Numbered from the stretch's first letter, positions 1 to 10,276 are shown. The stretch is DNA of 64,000 bases from Candidatus Woesearchaeota archaeon (GCA_964538235.1 CAZIFJ010000001.1:31348-95347), one strand, 5' to 3'. Notes: a model not told the origin generated them from the sequence alone. Numbers and translations: made by a program.

Positions 1-230
1 CTTGAAATACCTTTTCCGTAATGTCCTTTCCAGTCATGTCTTTTATGGCTTATTGTTCCAGAAGCAGAATGTTTTCTTCCTGCTCTCGGGTCGTTAGAAT
101 AAGGTTGCATTTTTTTATCAACTTCATAATATTTTGCTACAATATCTTCTCTAATTTTACTTTCAAATATTTCTGGAAGCTCAATTATTCCTTTTTTATT
201 TCCGCTTAAATCATGAATTGTTGCTTTCAT
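1..230 (-). CDS. rpl4: 50S ribosomal protein L4 (uL4), N-terminal part; the gene continues beyond the window start
   Basis: The minus-strand translation from the ATG at 230 reads MKATIHDLSGNKKGIIELPEIF...PYSNDPRAGRKHSASGTISHKRH, which is the uL4 N-terminal pattern. Its start overlaps the L3 stop as ATGA. It is absent from the ORF track because it runs off the window. Confidence 0.7.
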   Translation of the reverse strand, partial: MKATIHDLSGNKKGIIELPEIFESKIREDIVAKYYEVDKKMQPYSNDPRAGRKHSASGTISHKRHDWKGHYGKGIS

Positions 231-1165
231 ACTAGTATCTCCTCAAAATCATATTTTTTCTTTTCTTGTTTTTTAGTTTTTCTTATAGCTGGCGTCAATA
301 AAACCTGTCTTTTATTAGGACCTTGAACACTTCCCTTCACAATTAAATAATTTGTTTTTATTTTTCCATAATGTTTAAATCCATTAACTTTATTTATATC
401 CTTTTCAGAAATTTTTCCAGTAAAAATAATTTTTTGATTATAATGTACTCTTGAAAATAATCCTAATTGTCCAGCAACCGGAGATCTAAACGTAACCCTC
501 GCAGGATGCCATGGTCCCAAAGAACCTCTATTTCTCCTTCCCTTTTCAGATTTATGCGCTTTCAAAGTCAAGCCAAATCTTTTTACAGGCCCAGTTAAAC
601 CCTTCCCCTTTGTCAATCCCCTAACATCCAAAAGCCCCGTTTTATTAAAATCAAAAATACTAATTTCTTTCCCAATTAAATTCTTTACAAAATCCAATTT
701 ATTTTTTTCTCCAATAGCAACTTCAATTAAATCAGGAGTTTTTTTAATACTAGTTTGTTTTGGAAGAGAATAAATTATAATTCTCAAATCATTAAATTCT
801 TTTGGAATTTCAGAATCAAAACTTTTCAATGTTTTTGGAACTTTCAAAGTTCTTTTTAGTTCTTTGTCATTAGAAACAATTACTTCTTTCAAAACTTTTC
901 CATATTTATAAAATCTAACAGAAAATATTTTTATATTTGGAGTTTCAAGAATAGTTACAGGAATAACAATTCTTTTTCCTTTAGTCATAGAATGTTCTGT
1001 GTTGTCTTTAACAACTGCGCTCGCCATACTAACTTTATATCCAATGAATCCAAGAATTCCCTCACCCTTTACCGGCTCCCAGTTTACACTAGGAATAATT
1101 TTTCCAGCTCTCTTACGAGGCCAAAACTGCAAACTTCCATGTCTTGGTGATGATGGTGCTCCCAT
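227..1165 (-). CDS. rpl3: 50S ribosomal protein L3 (uL3)
   Basis: 312 aa. It has the KGKGLTGPVKRFG...GSLGPWHPARV...AGQLG motifs typical of archaeal L3, and sits in the canonical L3-L4 order. Confidence 0.9.
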   Translation of the reverse strand: MGAPSSPRHGSLQFWPRKRAGKIIPSVNWEPVKGEGILGFIGYKVSMASAVVKDNTEHSMTKGKRIVIPVTILETPNIKIFSVRFYKYGKVLKEVIVSNDKELKRTLKVPKTLKSFDSEIPKEFNDLRIIIYSLPKQTSIKKTPDLIEVAIGEKNKLDFVKNLIGKEISIFDFNKTGLLDVRGLTKGKGLTGPVKRFGLTLKAHKSEKGRRNRGSLGPWHPARVTFRSPVAGQLGLFSRVHYNQKIIFTGKISEKDINKVNGFKHYGKIKTNYLIVKGSVQGPNKRQVLLTPAIRKTKKQEKKKYDFEEILV

Positions 1166-1417
1166 TTGTTTTTGTTATCATTTTTTTGGCAACAACTCTA
1201 CCATTTAATTGACATTTGTTATCAGCAAATATCTCAATTATAGTCAATGACATTGATACTTCCTCAGCTATGTCTTGACTATCAAGGGAAAGACATACAA
1301 TCTAATAAATTATTTATGTCTTTCACTATAGATTCTATTTTCAAATGAAGAATGCCTTTTTAAACGTTTCTTCTTGAAAAAAAGATGAATTTAGAGAAAA
1401 ATTCATTAAGATTTGTT

Positions 1418-1790
1418 CTATTCAAAGTAAGAAAAATTATTTTCATATTCACTTAATTTATCTAATTCTATCCTAAAAATTCTTATATTTGTATCTTTTA
1501 TTTGTTTTATATGTTCTGAATTTAACCAGTGTTTGTGCTCTTTTTCAACATATTCTGCAACTTCTTTTGAAGGAACAATAAATATTTTTGGCGAAGTAGC
1601 TTTTTCTTTAGAAATATAAACGAAACAATAAAATATCAATCGATTTTGTGTTACCTAATGTTAAGGTTGCTTCATATCCTTCAAGGAAAAAACAATACAT
1701 CGCATAAAATTCTCCAGCAAGATTTATTCTATTACTTTTCTCAGCCATGTTCTTGTTTAATAATCCTATATTTCTATACTCTATATTCAA
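1418..1790 (-). pseudogene. Possible frameshifted small gene (two adjacent ORFs overlapping in different frames), function unknown
   Basis: ORFs 1608..1790 and 1418..1639 overlap by 32 nt in different frames. Joined they would give a ~125-aa product. No family was recognised. Confidence 0.2.
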
Positions 1791-1808
1791 GATTAAATCC
1801 TTTTTAAT

Positions 1809-2534
1809 CTAATCCTGTTCAATTCTCGGAGCCAGAACAAAAGACAACATTATATTCCCAGTCATAAAATTAATTCTCATTGGATGATTATCAGAAAAAT
1901 TAATTGAAACTCTTGAAGAAATTTTAGCTCCCTTGACAAATTTTTGTAAATATTCTAGAGAGAATCTTGCAGTTGAATAATCAGAATGTATCTCTGCTTC
2001 ATCAGAAGAAAATTCTGCTCTTGCAGAATTTAATCCAGAAGCTTCAACAATAAATCTATTTGGCTCAGCAATAAAAGTGCAGGCATCAGAAACAATCGCA
2101 GAATCTTCTATAACTTCAACAAAAGCATCAGCATTTAATTTTATTACAGATTTAAATTCCCATTCAGGCATTTCTTTTTCATTCGCTTCAATATCAATCA
2201 AAGCTAGCATAAAATCTCTTTTAATTCTGTCCTGAATTCCAAGTTTAAGTTTATTTTCATTTTTTTCAATTATCAAAGCGCTTCCAGGTTTGCATCTTCT
2301 TAAAACAGATTTTAAATTATCAAGATTTATTCCCAATTCTTCATTTTTTTCAACATTAAACTCTGCAAATAAGTCATTTGGAATTTTGAAATAAACCATA
2401 GCAACATTTGCAGGGTCAATTGCGGTCAAGCTCACCCCCTCATTGTTTATTTTCAATCTAACTTCTGTTACAAGCTCAGAAATTATGGAAATAATATCTG
2501 CAAAAATTTTTGGGTTTTCTAATTTCAATAACAT
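1809..2534 (-). CDS. pcn: DNA polymerase sliding clamp PCNA
   Basis: About 242 aa from the internal Met MLLKLENPKIFADIISI. The C-terminus ...PMRINFMTGNIMLSFVLAPRIE matches the conserved archaeal PCNA tail. The ORF-track start at 2588 is probably upstream of the real start. Confidence 0.85.
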   Translation of the reverse strand: MLLKLENPKIFADIISIISELVTEVRLKINNEGVSLTAIDPANVAMVYFKIPNDLFAEFNVEKNEELGINLDNLKSVLRRCKPGSALIIEKNENKLKLGIQDRIKRDFMLALIDIEANEKEMPEWEFKSVIKLNADAFVEVIEDSAIVSDACTFIAEPNRFIVEASGLNSARAEFSSDEAEIHSDYSTARFSLEYLQKFVKGAKISSRVSINFSDNHPMRINFMTGNIMLSFVLAPRIEQD

Positions 2535-2623
2535 ATTTTTATTGAAAATGCAAAACTTATAAGCATTATTGTGATTGAAAAACAGCACAATAAACGATAT
2601 AAAACAAGATAATAATTAATTAT

Positions 2624-4201
2624 ATGGAAAAAGAAGAAAGAGTTAAGTCAATAACACATATTTATTATCTAAATCCAAAACTTCAAGAATATTTTTTGAA
2701 ATTTTCTTCAGGAAGAGAAGTTGTTCCAAGATACTTTGAATCTTTCGGCAAACGTCCAGATACATTACAATATCCTTCAGATATTTTAAGTTTAGTAAAA
2801 AAAGGAGCGACTTCCTTTCACGCTTCAGAAGAAATTTGGAGAGATGTTCTAAAGATAAATTCCGACATGTCTCAAGGAGAATTAAATGAATTAAGAAGTT
2901 CATGGGATTTATTAATTGATATAGATTCTCCCTATTTAGATTATTCAAAAATCGCCGCAAAATTAGTTTTAGAAGCTTTAGAAAATTTTAGAATAAAAAA
3001 TTACGGGATAAAATTCAGCGGCTCAAAGGGTTTTCATATAATTGTCTCGGGAAAGGCCTTTCCTGAAATTTTTCAAGGGCAAAAAATGTCTGAAATGTTT
3101 CCAGAATGGCCAAGAGCAATTTGCGAATTTTTAATAAATCTAATCCGCCAAAAGTATAACAAAGAAATAGCAAATTTAGGAATAAACTTTGAAGCAATAG
3201 AAAAAAGATTAAATGTAAAAAAAGAAGACTTTATAGAAAATCTCTGTCCAAATTGTGGAAGAAATTCAAAAAAAGCTCTATCAGTTACATTTGTCTGTCC
3301 AGAATGTAAAACAACAATCCAAAGAAAAAATGTGAAATTAACAAAAAGAAGACTACAATGTTTTAATGCAAATTGTCCAGGAGTTTTAGAAATCCAGGAT
3401 AAAAAAGAATATTTTTATTGTGAATATTGTAATATTTCTTCTTTTGAAAAAAATTTCTCTCAAACTTCAAATAAAGTAGTTTTTGAAAACCAATTAGATT
3501 CAAAAGACTCTGAAAACTTTGAGCAGGGACTTTCAGGAAACGCTTCAGGAAATCTTGATTTAGTTTTAGTTGCCCCAAGACACCTTTTCAGAATGCCTTA
3601 CGCTCTCCATGAAAAAACTTCTCTTGCAAGTGTCGTCATAAAAAAAGATCAAATAAGCTCCTTCTCTCCAAAAGACGCATCCCCCCTTAATATTAAATTG
3701 TTAGAATTTCTTCCAAATAATTTTCCAGGAGAAACAGAAAGACTTCTTTCAACAGCATTATCATGGAAAAAAAATAAAGTTTCTGAGGAACAAAAAATGC
3801 AGAATTATAATTCTACAAAATTTTCCGAAAAAAAAGAAATAGAAATCATAGGAGTTACAGAACAGATGTTTCCCAACCCAATAAAAAAATTATTAAAAGG
3901 CCTTTCTGACGGAAAAAAAAGAGGCCTGTTTGTTCTTATAACTTTTCTAAGAGCAGTTAATTTTTCTCGGGAATATGTAGAAAAAAAAATAAGAGATTGG
4001 AATTTATTAAACAAACCTCCATTAAAAGAAGGATATATTAGAAGTCAAATAGACTGGCACTTTAGGCAAAAGAAAAAAATTCTCCCACCAAATTATTCAA
4101 ATAATTCTTTTTATCAAGATTTAGGTTTAATAGACTCTCCTCAAAAATCTAAAAACCCCCTAGTTGATGTTATAAAAAAATTACACTCAAAATCTAATTG
4201 A
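2624..4201 (+). CDS. Single-polypeptide DNA primase: PriS catalytic core fused to a PriL C-terminal-like domain
   Basis: AEP motifs are present: LLIDIDSPY (motif I), IKFSGSKGFHIIVSG (motif II) and FRMPYALHEKTSL (motif III). There is an inserted Zn-ribbon region (CPNCG..CPECK..CFNANC..CEYC). The C-terminal MFPNPIKKLLKGLSDGKKRGLFVLITFLRAVNFSREYVEKKIRDWN resembles the PriL p58C FPPCM..R.QL.LFLK motif, with Cys replaced. Confidence 0.7.
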   Translation: MEKEERVKSITHIYYLNPKLQEYFLKFSSGREVVPRYFESFGKRPDTLQYPSDILSLVKKGATSFHASEEIWRDVLKINSDMSQGELNELRSSWDLLIDIDSPYLDYSKIAAKLVLEALENFRIKNYGIKFSGSKGFHIIVSGKAFPEIFQGQKMSEMFPEWPRAICEFLINLIRQKYNKEIANLGINFEAIEKRLNVKKEDFIENLCPNCGRNSKKALSVTFVCPECKTTIQRKNVKLTKRRLQCFNANCPGVLEIQDKKEYFYCEYCNISSFEKNFSQTSNKVVFENQLDSKDSENFEQGLSGNASGNLDLVLVAPRHLFRMPYALHEKTSLASVVIKKDQISSFSPKDASPLNIKLLEFLPNNFPGETERLLSTALSWKKNKVSEEQKMQNYNSTKFSEKKEIEIIGVTEQMFPNPIKKLLKGLSDGKKRGLFVLITFLRAVNFSREYVEKKIRDWNLLNKPPLKEGYIRSQIDWHFRQKKKILPPNYSNNSFYQDLGLIDSPQKSKNPLVDVIKKLHSKSN

Positions 4202-4234
4202 AACATTTTTAAATCTCTTCTACATCTAATTACA

Positions 4235-6061
4235 ATGATAAAAAAAGAGATTTATTTATTTTTTATATTAATTTTAATATTTTCTTTTATTGTAAATGCA
4301 GCAGAAGATGATGTTGATACAGATTCTTCTAATTTGTTAGATGATAATAAATTAATAGATAAAGCATATAAATGTCTTGAAAATAGAATTAAGGATAAAA
4401 CAATTTCATTAGAAGAGGCTATTTTTTCAACTTTGGCTATTGGCGAAAAAACAGAATCAAAAAAAATTATTGACGAACAAAAAAGCACTAAAGATTGTTG
4501 GCCAAAATCTTCTTGCTCAATAAAGACAACTTCTCAAGTTGCTCTTGCTTACGAAAGAATAGGAAAATCAACAGCAGACATAAAAAAATGGCTTTTATCA
4601 AATTCAGACATAACAAAAGATTTGCTTTGGTATTTGCAGATTGATATTGCAAATCATATTCCTGCAAAATGTGACATAGATTCTGGCTCAGGAAAATCCC
4701 AAATAACTATCTTAGATGATATGACTATAACTGGAAATCCAGGAAGCTGTTTAAGGATTGCAAATTTAGATTACTGGTTAAGAATAGAAAACACCTGCTT
4801 AGATAAAAGATTCAAAATATCTTGTGATCAAGATTTTGTTTCTTCTTTAATTTATCAAAAGCAACAAGATGGCACAACTTATGTTTCTTCGGAAACTCAT
4901 TCAGCAACATCTTTAGGCGCAACATATGAAAAAGTCAATGCAAAATGTTTCAAAACAGGAAATTCTTGCGATTATGAAGGAACTCTCTGGGCAACACTTG
5001 CTCTAGAAAAAATGCGCTACGAAAATGTTTCAGAGTTTATTCCGTATCTTTTAGCAATGTCAGATGAAAATTCAAAATATTTCCCAAACTCATTTATTCA
5101 CATTTTAACAGGCAGTGACGATAATTACGCTTCAGTAGTTGAAAAACAAAAACAAAATAAATATTGGGATATAATTGGCTCTTCTTACGGAAGATTTTAT
5201 GACACGAGTTTAGCGATGCTTTCTCTTCAAACAACTTCATCTTCAGAATCAGAAAGCGCAAAGCAATATCTTTTAGGAATTCAAACAGAAGACGGTTGTT
5301 GGGATAATAACAACATTAGAAGCACAGGATTTATTTTATATTCTGGTTTTGGAAAAGATGTTCCAAGAGGTCCTGGTGGTGCGCGATCAGACGCAGAATC
5401 TTGCGAGCGCGCAGGATATTCATGTGAAATAGAATCTGATTGTCGTGCAGCAGGAGGAAATATTTTAGCAAATTACGATTGCACCACTACTTTTGGTTTG
5501 TGTTGCTCAATAAAAGAAACAGAAAAAACTTGCACAGAATTAGGAGGCGATGAATGCACCTCTAATCAAGAATGTTCAGAAAGGGAAGTACCCTCAGCCG
5601 AAGGAACTTGTTGTTTAGGAACTTGCGAAAATAAGAGAGCGCAAAACACTTGTGAAGTAAATGGTGGAGATTGTGCTTCCTCTTGCGATTCTTCAGAAGA
5701 AAAATCATCTTTTAGTTGTACAGATTCAGAAGAAATTTGTTGCGTTGAAAAAGACGAGCCAATAAAACCAAAATCAAATATAATTTGGATTTTAATTTTA
5801 GGAATTTTAATTTTATTAGTTATCATCGCAATAATTTACAGAACAAAAATCCAAATTTGGTGGCACACATTTACCGGAAGAATGAGTAGTTCTCCAGTAA
5901 CAAGGGGTCCACCTCCAGGAGCATCCCCCTCTTTAATGTCTTCAAACTACAGAAGAATTTCTCCAAGACCACAAATAAGACCATCAACAAGAAGACCAGC
6001 CTCACAAGTTGATAAAGAAATGGAAGAGACTCTAAAGAAATTAAAAGAAATGAGCAAATAA
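4235..6061 (+). CDS. Large secreted protein with Cys-rich tandem repeats, a C-terminal TM anchor and a Pro-rich cytoplasmic tail
   Basis: There is a signal peptide. Three repeats fit C..GG.C....C...G.CC.G.C. A TM segment IIWILILGILILLVIIAII is followed by a PPPGASPS-rich tail. Confidence 0.55.
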   Translation: MIKKEIYLFFILILIFSFIVNAAEDDVDTDSSNLLDDNKLIDKAYKCLENRIKDKTISLEEAIFSTLAIGEKTESKKIIDEQKSTKDCWPKSSCSIKTTSQVALAYERIGKSTADIKKWLLSNSDITKDLLWYLQIDIANHIPAKCDIDSGSGKSQITILDDMTITGNPGSCLRIANLDYWLRIENTCLDKRFKISCDQDFVSSLIYQKQQDGTTYVSSETHSATSLGATYEKVNAKCFKTGNSCDYEGTLWATLALEKMRYENVSEFIPYLLAMSDENSKYFPNSFIHILTGSDDNYASVVEKQKQNKYWDIIGSSYGRFYDTSLAMLSLQTTSSSESESAKQYLLGIQTEDGCWDNNNIRSTGFILYSGFGKDVPRGPGGARSDAESCERAGYSCEIESDCRAAGGNILANYDCTTTFGLCCSIKETEKTCTELGGDECTSNQECSEREVPSAEGTCCLGTCENKRAQNTCEVNGGDCASSCDSSEEKSSFSCTDSEEICCVEKDEPIKPKSNIIWILILGILILLVIIAIIYRTKIQIWWHTFTGRMSSSPVTRGPPPGASPSLMSSNYRRISPRPQIRPSTRRPASQVDKEMEETLKKLKEMSK

Positions 6062-6097
6062 AGACAAATTTATATAACTAAACATTTATCTTATTAT

Positions 6098-7330
6098 ATG
6101 AAAAAGATTAATATTTTAATTTCTTTGATAATCTTTATTTATTTTATCTCAATAGCCTCCGCAATTTCAGCAACATTAAAAGAATCCTATTCTCCTAAAG
6201 AAACAATAATAGCAGAAATTTCAGGAAATATCTTGGGCTCTTTATCATCAGACAATATTGAATTTAAAAGAGGAAACGTTAGAGTTCCTTTAGAATACGA
6301 GCTAAAAAAATTAGACAATAAATATTTTCTTTGGTTTGTTGCCCCAGAATCTCAAAATAATTATACTTTAATTATAAATAATATTGAAACAACAATTTCA
6401 GGAAAAAATGAAGAAATAGATTTCTCACAAAATTTCTCAGTTTTAGGGAATCTCTCAAGTTACACAATTAAACCAGGCGCAATTTTAGCAAATGAAGATT
6501 TTGAAATATCTGTTTTTTTAAACGAAGATTTTGAAAAGATAGTTTCTATTAGCGCTCCAGAAACTCATGAAGTTTCTATCAAGCCAGGAGAAAATAAGAT
6601 AAAATTTAAATTTTCAGATTTTGAAAAAAACAAAATTTTAGGAATTGATTTAGGAATTTATAAAATTCCAATATTTCTTATTTCCGATGAAAAAAATTCA
6701 GATTTACAAATATTAAGGTTTTCTCCAAGAACAATTGAAAAAATATTTTTATCTTCAGATGAAGAATTAGATTACATTTTCTCTTTAGATAATTTACAAA
6801 ATAAAAAATTAGAAAATATAGAATTATTTTATGACAAAGAAAAATTTAAAATTTCTCCAGATAAATTTTCGTTAGCTCCAAAAGAATCAATTTCCCTAAC
6901 TCTAAAAATAAAAGGAGGCGATGGAGATAAAATAGAAGATTTTGTCTATGCCAAGTACAAAAATGACTCTATTCCTCTTTATTTAGATATTCGCTTCAGC
7001 GATAATCCTGAAGAAGAATTAGATTTTATAAATAATTCAGAAAATTCTTCTATAAAAGGATATTATTGTCACGAATTAGAAGGAAAATTATGCTCTGCAG
7101 GAGAAACTTGTGAAGGAAAAACAAAACAATCATTAGATGGAATCAAAGGAGTTTGCTGTATAGGAAAGTGTGTAATCCCAAAAAAGTCAAACTCTTGGAT
7201 AGGATATTTAATTGCATTAATATTAACAGGAGCAGTGATTTTTATTTGGTTTAAATATAGAAAAGTAAAGCCAGAAACTAATCCTGTAGCTAAAATTGCC
7301 TTAGAATCTAAAAAAGAAAATATTCCTTAA
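6098..7330 (+). CDS. Secreted protein with the same C-terminal Cys motif plus a TM anchor
   Basis: There is a signal peptide. The C-terminal CHELEGKLCSAGETCEGKT...GVCCIGKC is followed by a TM segment. It is paralogous in architecture to the preceding gene. Confidence 0.55.
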   Translation: MKKINILISLIIFIYFISIASAISATLKESYSPKETIIAEISGNILGSLSSDNIEFKRGNVRVPLEYELKKLDNKYFLWFVAPESQNNYTLIINNIETTISGKNEEIDFSQNFSVLGNLSSYTIKPGAILANEDFEISVFLNEDFEKIVSISAPETHEVSIKPGENKIKFKFSDFEKNKILGIDLGIYKIPIFLISDEKNSDLQILRFSPRTIEKIFLSSDEELDYIFSLDNLQNKKLENIELFYDKEKFKISPDKFSLAPKESISLTLKIKGGDGDKIEDFVYAKYKNDSIPLYLDIRFSDNPEEELDFINNSENSSIKGYYCHELEGKLCSAGETCEGKTKQSLDGIKGVCCIGKCVIPKKSNSWIGYLIALILTGAVIFIWFKYRKVKPETNPVAKIALESKKENIP

Positions 7331-7854
7331 GACTTTTTCTTTTTTAATTTTTTAATTTTTTTCTTTTCCTTTTTTTCTTTCGTTGCTATTTCTTCAAGCT
7401 TTTTTTCTTCGTTCAATCTTTGTTCTTGTTTTTTAAATAAATGCGGAGCAATTTCATATAACTTCTTTAAAAGAATATCTTTTTCAGCAATCATTTTCTT
7501 TGCAATTCCATCGTAATTATGCAGTCTTTGAACAAGCCTGTTCCCAATCTCATTTATTCTAGAATTTTCAAATGTAATTTTTTCAGGAGAAATAATTTCT
7601 ATATGTGCAGGCATATAGGCAAACATAATTCCAAAATAATTTTCAATAGAATCTAATTCTACAGTTACTTCTGCAAACGAAGTGAACAAATTATTTGCGT
7701 CTTTAACTTCAACAGGCTCATGTTGATTTTCTTCAATTATTTTAACTCCGGTTTCAGCTCCTAATTTATTAATAAGTAAACCAAGCGATTCTTTTACATT
7801 CTCTTTTGGTCTTCCAAGAATCTCTAATACAAGAACTGCCTGAATTTTTTCCAT
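7327..7854 (-). CDS. Hypothetical protein with a Lys-rich C-terminal tail
   Basis: 175-aa ORF with a coding-like composition and a KKEKKKIKKLKKKKS tail. No family was recognised. Confidence 0.45.
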   Translation of the reverse strand: MEKIQAVLVLEILGRPKENVKESLGLLINKLGAETGVKIIEENQHEPVEVKDANNLFTSFAEVTVELDSIENYFGIMFAYMPAHIEIISPEKITFENSRINEIGNRLVQRLHNYDGIAKKMIAEKDILLKKLYEIAPHLFKKQEQRLNEEKKLEEIATKEKKEKKKIKKLKKKKS

Positions 7855-7888
7855 ATCGGCAATATGAAATTGTGAGTTTTAAAGCTTT

Positions 7889-8896
7889 CTAAAAAATGAC
7901 AGAATAGCCCTTTACTCGCAATATTTTCTCAACACTTTCATTTATTCTTTTTCCTGAAATCAGACCATCTTCTACAGCTTCCAACACCTCATTTATCCTC
8001 GATTTTATCCGATGATATGGAAAGAAAATCGGTGATGCATCTATTATCATATCATTTCCAGCATTAATAAGGTCAATGTATATTTTTTCTGAATTAAACA
8101 AATAGGAAATTTTTAATCCCCACATGCTTATTTCATCGCTAATTACAAGCCCATCAAAATCTTTTTTAAGATAGGATATAACTTCCGGAGAAATCGTGCT
8201 TTGTTTTCCTTTTGATTCCAGCTCTCCAGAAACAATTGGATGCCCAACCATTATAGCAGAAACATTTTCTTTTATTGCATGATCAAATAATTCAAGGTCT
8301 GATTTTTCTAGATTATATTTATACTTAAATTTATGAGGGTCTTTTATCATGCTTCCTCCAGGATAGTGTTTTGCTGTCGCTAAAATTCCATTTTCCTGTA
8401 GACCTTTAATGTAACCAGATATTTTTTCTTTTATCTCATCGTCTGAACCAGTAAAAGATCTTCCAGGCCAAACATTATTTTTTCTTTCTACAACTGGCGA
8501 GAAATCTAAGTTAAATCCAAGCTCTTTTAAGATTTTGGAATGTGAGCTTCCTAATATGTACGCTTCTTGTTTAGAGTTAATCTCTCCAAAATTTTTTGAT
8601 TTAAAAAATGGAAACGGATTCCAATAACCTTCCATATCAGCAGAAACTAAGAGTTTTATCTCCGAGCTTTTTTGATATTTGTTTATAAGGTTAATATATT
8701 CTTCTCTTGTTTTTTTCTTTGATAGATAAATTGCTCCAATTCCTAATCTTGTATATCTCTCATCAAAATTATCACCCCTAACTATTATCATTTGAGCTAT
8801 TTTTTCTTCCATAGATAATTCTGATATGTTTATCTCTTTTGCCGGAATTTGAACCATTAATAGAATAAATAATGACAATATAAAAAACTTTTTCAT
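7889..8896 (-). CDS. Secreted glycoside hydrolase family 3 (NagZ-like) N-terminal-domain protein
   Basis: There is a signal peptide. The KHYPGGS and GLVISDE motifs resemble the GH3 KHFPGHG and the catalytic-Asp G(F/L)V(V/I)SD. Its start overlaps the upstream gene by 4 bp. Confidence 0.55.
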   Translation of the reverse strand: MKKFFILSLFILLMVQIPAKEINISELSMEEKIAQMIIVRGDNFDERYTRLGIGAIYLSKKKTREEYINLINKYQKSSEIKLLVSADMEGYWNPFPFFKSKNFGEINSKQEAYILGSSHSKILKELGFNLDFSPVVERKNNVWPGRSFTGSDDEIKEKISGYIKGLQENGILATAKHYPGGSMIKDPHKFKYKYNLEKSDLELFDHAIKENVSAIMVGHPIVSGELESKGKQSTISPEVISYLKKDFDGLVISDEISMWGLKISYLFNSEKIYIDLINAGNDMIIDASPIFFPYHRIKSRINEVLEAVEDGLISGKRINESVEKILRVKGYSVIF

Positions 8897-9555
8897 AGTT
8901 TCCTAAGAGCAAGTAAAATTATAATAATTACACAAAAAATAGTAAAAGAATAAACAACCCATGTTCTTGTTTTTTCTCTTTTCGAAATAAAAATTTCATT
9001 ATCTTTTTTTACTTCATTAAGTATTATCTTCCCATCAATAAAGTCGCTTTCAATTTTATTAGAAATATTTTCTACTTTTTCCTCCTCTTTTAATTTTTCT
9101 TCTATTTCAGAATTTTTATTTTCCGTTATAATTTTTTCTTTATCATCTTCAATTTTTTCTTCTTCTACATTTTCAGAGCCTTCAACTTTTTCATTATTAA
9201 TTTTAATATTGTTGCAAGACTCGCTAAAACTTGTTGAATTAACTTTTCTCAATCTTGCGCAAACTTTAGTTTCTCCTTCAAAATCATTTACTTTTATTCT
9301 AAATTCTTTCTTTTCTGGAAAAGCAGATTTTACATAATAATAAGAACTTTTCCATCCATCAGAGAAAATTTCAGAAATTGTTTTGGATGTAGAATTCCCA
9401 ACAAAGATTTTCACATCATATTTTTCATTTTCATCACTTATTATTTTAACATTAAATTCGTTTCCAGCTTCACTAGGAGATTCAATGCTAAAATTCAAGC
9501 CGGAAACATTCGAAATTAAAAATAAAAGAAGAAAGCTAATAACCATAACTTTCAT
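8893..9555 (-). CDS. Acidic secreted protein with a C-terminal TM anchor
   Basis: There is a signal peptide, an E/K-rich low-complexity region and a C-terminal hydrophobic segment. Confidence 0.45.
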   Translation of the reverse strand: MKVMVISFLLLFLISNVSGLNFSIESPSEAGNEFNVKIISDENEKYDVKIFVGNSTSKTISEIFSDGWKSSYYYVKSAFPEKKEFRIKVNDFEGETKVCARLRKVNSTSFSESCNNIKINNEKVEGSENVEEEKIEDDKEKIITENKNSEIEEKLKEEEKVENISNKIESDFIDGKIILNEVKKDNEIFISKREKTRTWVVYSFTIFCVIIIILLALRKL

Positions 9556-10276
9556 AATATGCTATTCCTCCTCCAGAATCAAAAATATATAAGGTATCTC
9601 TATCATTGTTCCAGATATTTGTTTTGCTATTCCAAAAAAGTTCTTTTTCATTGTTCTCCCCTGTCCCCGAATATAAGGTTATTTCTTCTATATGGAAATT
9701 AGGAAATAAATACTTTTTCCTGCTTTCATCTCTTAAAATCCAGTTTTTAAAATTGATTTCAGAACATTTATTATTTATTTTAACAAATTCCTTGTATTTA
9801 TCTATTTTAACATTCAAACATTCAGAGAAATTAGACTTTTTCCAAATGCCTTTTGAATTTTTAATAGCTTCCTTTTCAGCATTATCAAATTCCTTTAATT
9901 CATCTTCTTCGACAAGAAATTTAACAGCAAAGCCATTTTTAACCAATTCTAGATTTATATATTGGTCATAATAAATTCTTCCAAGATTTCTTTTGTATTT
10001 ATCTTCTCCTAAAATTTCAATTTTAATAGATTTATTTTCTAATTTTTTTAGAAATTCTTTACCCAATTCAGAACCCATTTCGTTTTTTTCAGGAGTATTT
10101 ATATTTAGCAGTCTGACTTTCCTTCCATCTTCAAGTTCAATAGTATCTCCATCTATAACTCTAAGTATTTTTCCATTTTCAGTATTTATTTTTTCTTCCT
10201 CTTGAAAAATATAAAACATATTTGCAATCAGCCCAGTTATCAAAAACGCTAAAATTAAAGAATATTTTTTATTCAA
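9536..10276 (-). CDS. Staphylococcal-nuclease-like (thermonuclease) secreted nuclease
   Basis: There is an N-terminal TM segment. VIDGDTIELEDGRKVRLLNINTPE matches the DGDT...R(L)xGIDAPE core of the SNase fold. Confidence 0.7.
   Translation of the reverse strand: MNKKYSLILAFLITGLIANMFYIFQEEEKINTENGKILRVIDGDTIELEDGRKVRLLNINTPEKNEMGSELGKEFLKKLENKSIKIEILGEDKYKRNLGRIYYDQYINLELVKNGFAVKFLVEEDELKEFDNAEKEAIKNSKGIWKKSNFSECLNVKIDKYKEFVKINNKCSEINFKNWILRDESRKKYLFPNFHIEEITLYSGTGENNEKELFWNSKTNIWNNDRDTLYIFDSGGGIAYYESYGY

Noticed and set aside
21-209. 62-aa + strand ORF
   Set aside because: It lies antisense inside the uL4 coding region. The AT-rich low-complexity translation is spurious.
999-1208. 69-aa + strand ORF
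   Set aside because: It is antisense to rpl3. There is no support.
2643-4014. Several 60–105-aa minus-strand ORFs inside the primase gene
   Set aside because: They are antisense to a well-supported 525-aa gene. AT-rich genomes generate such frames by chance.
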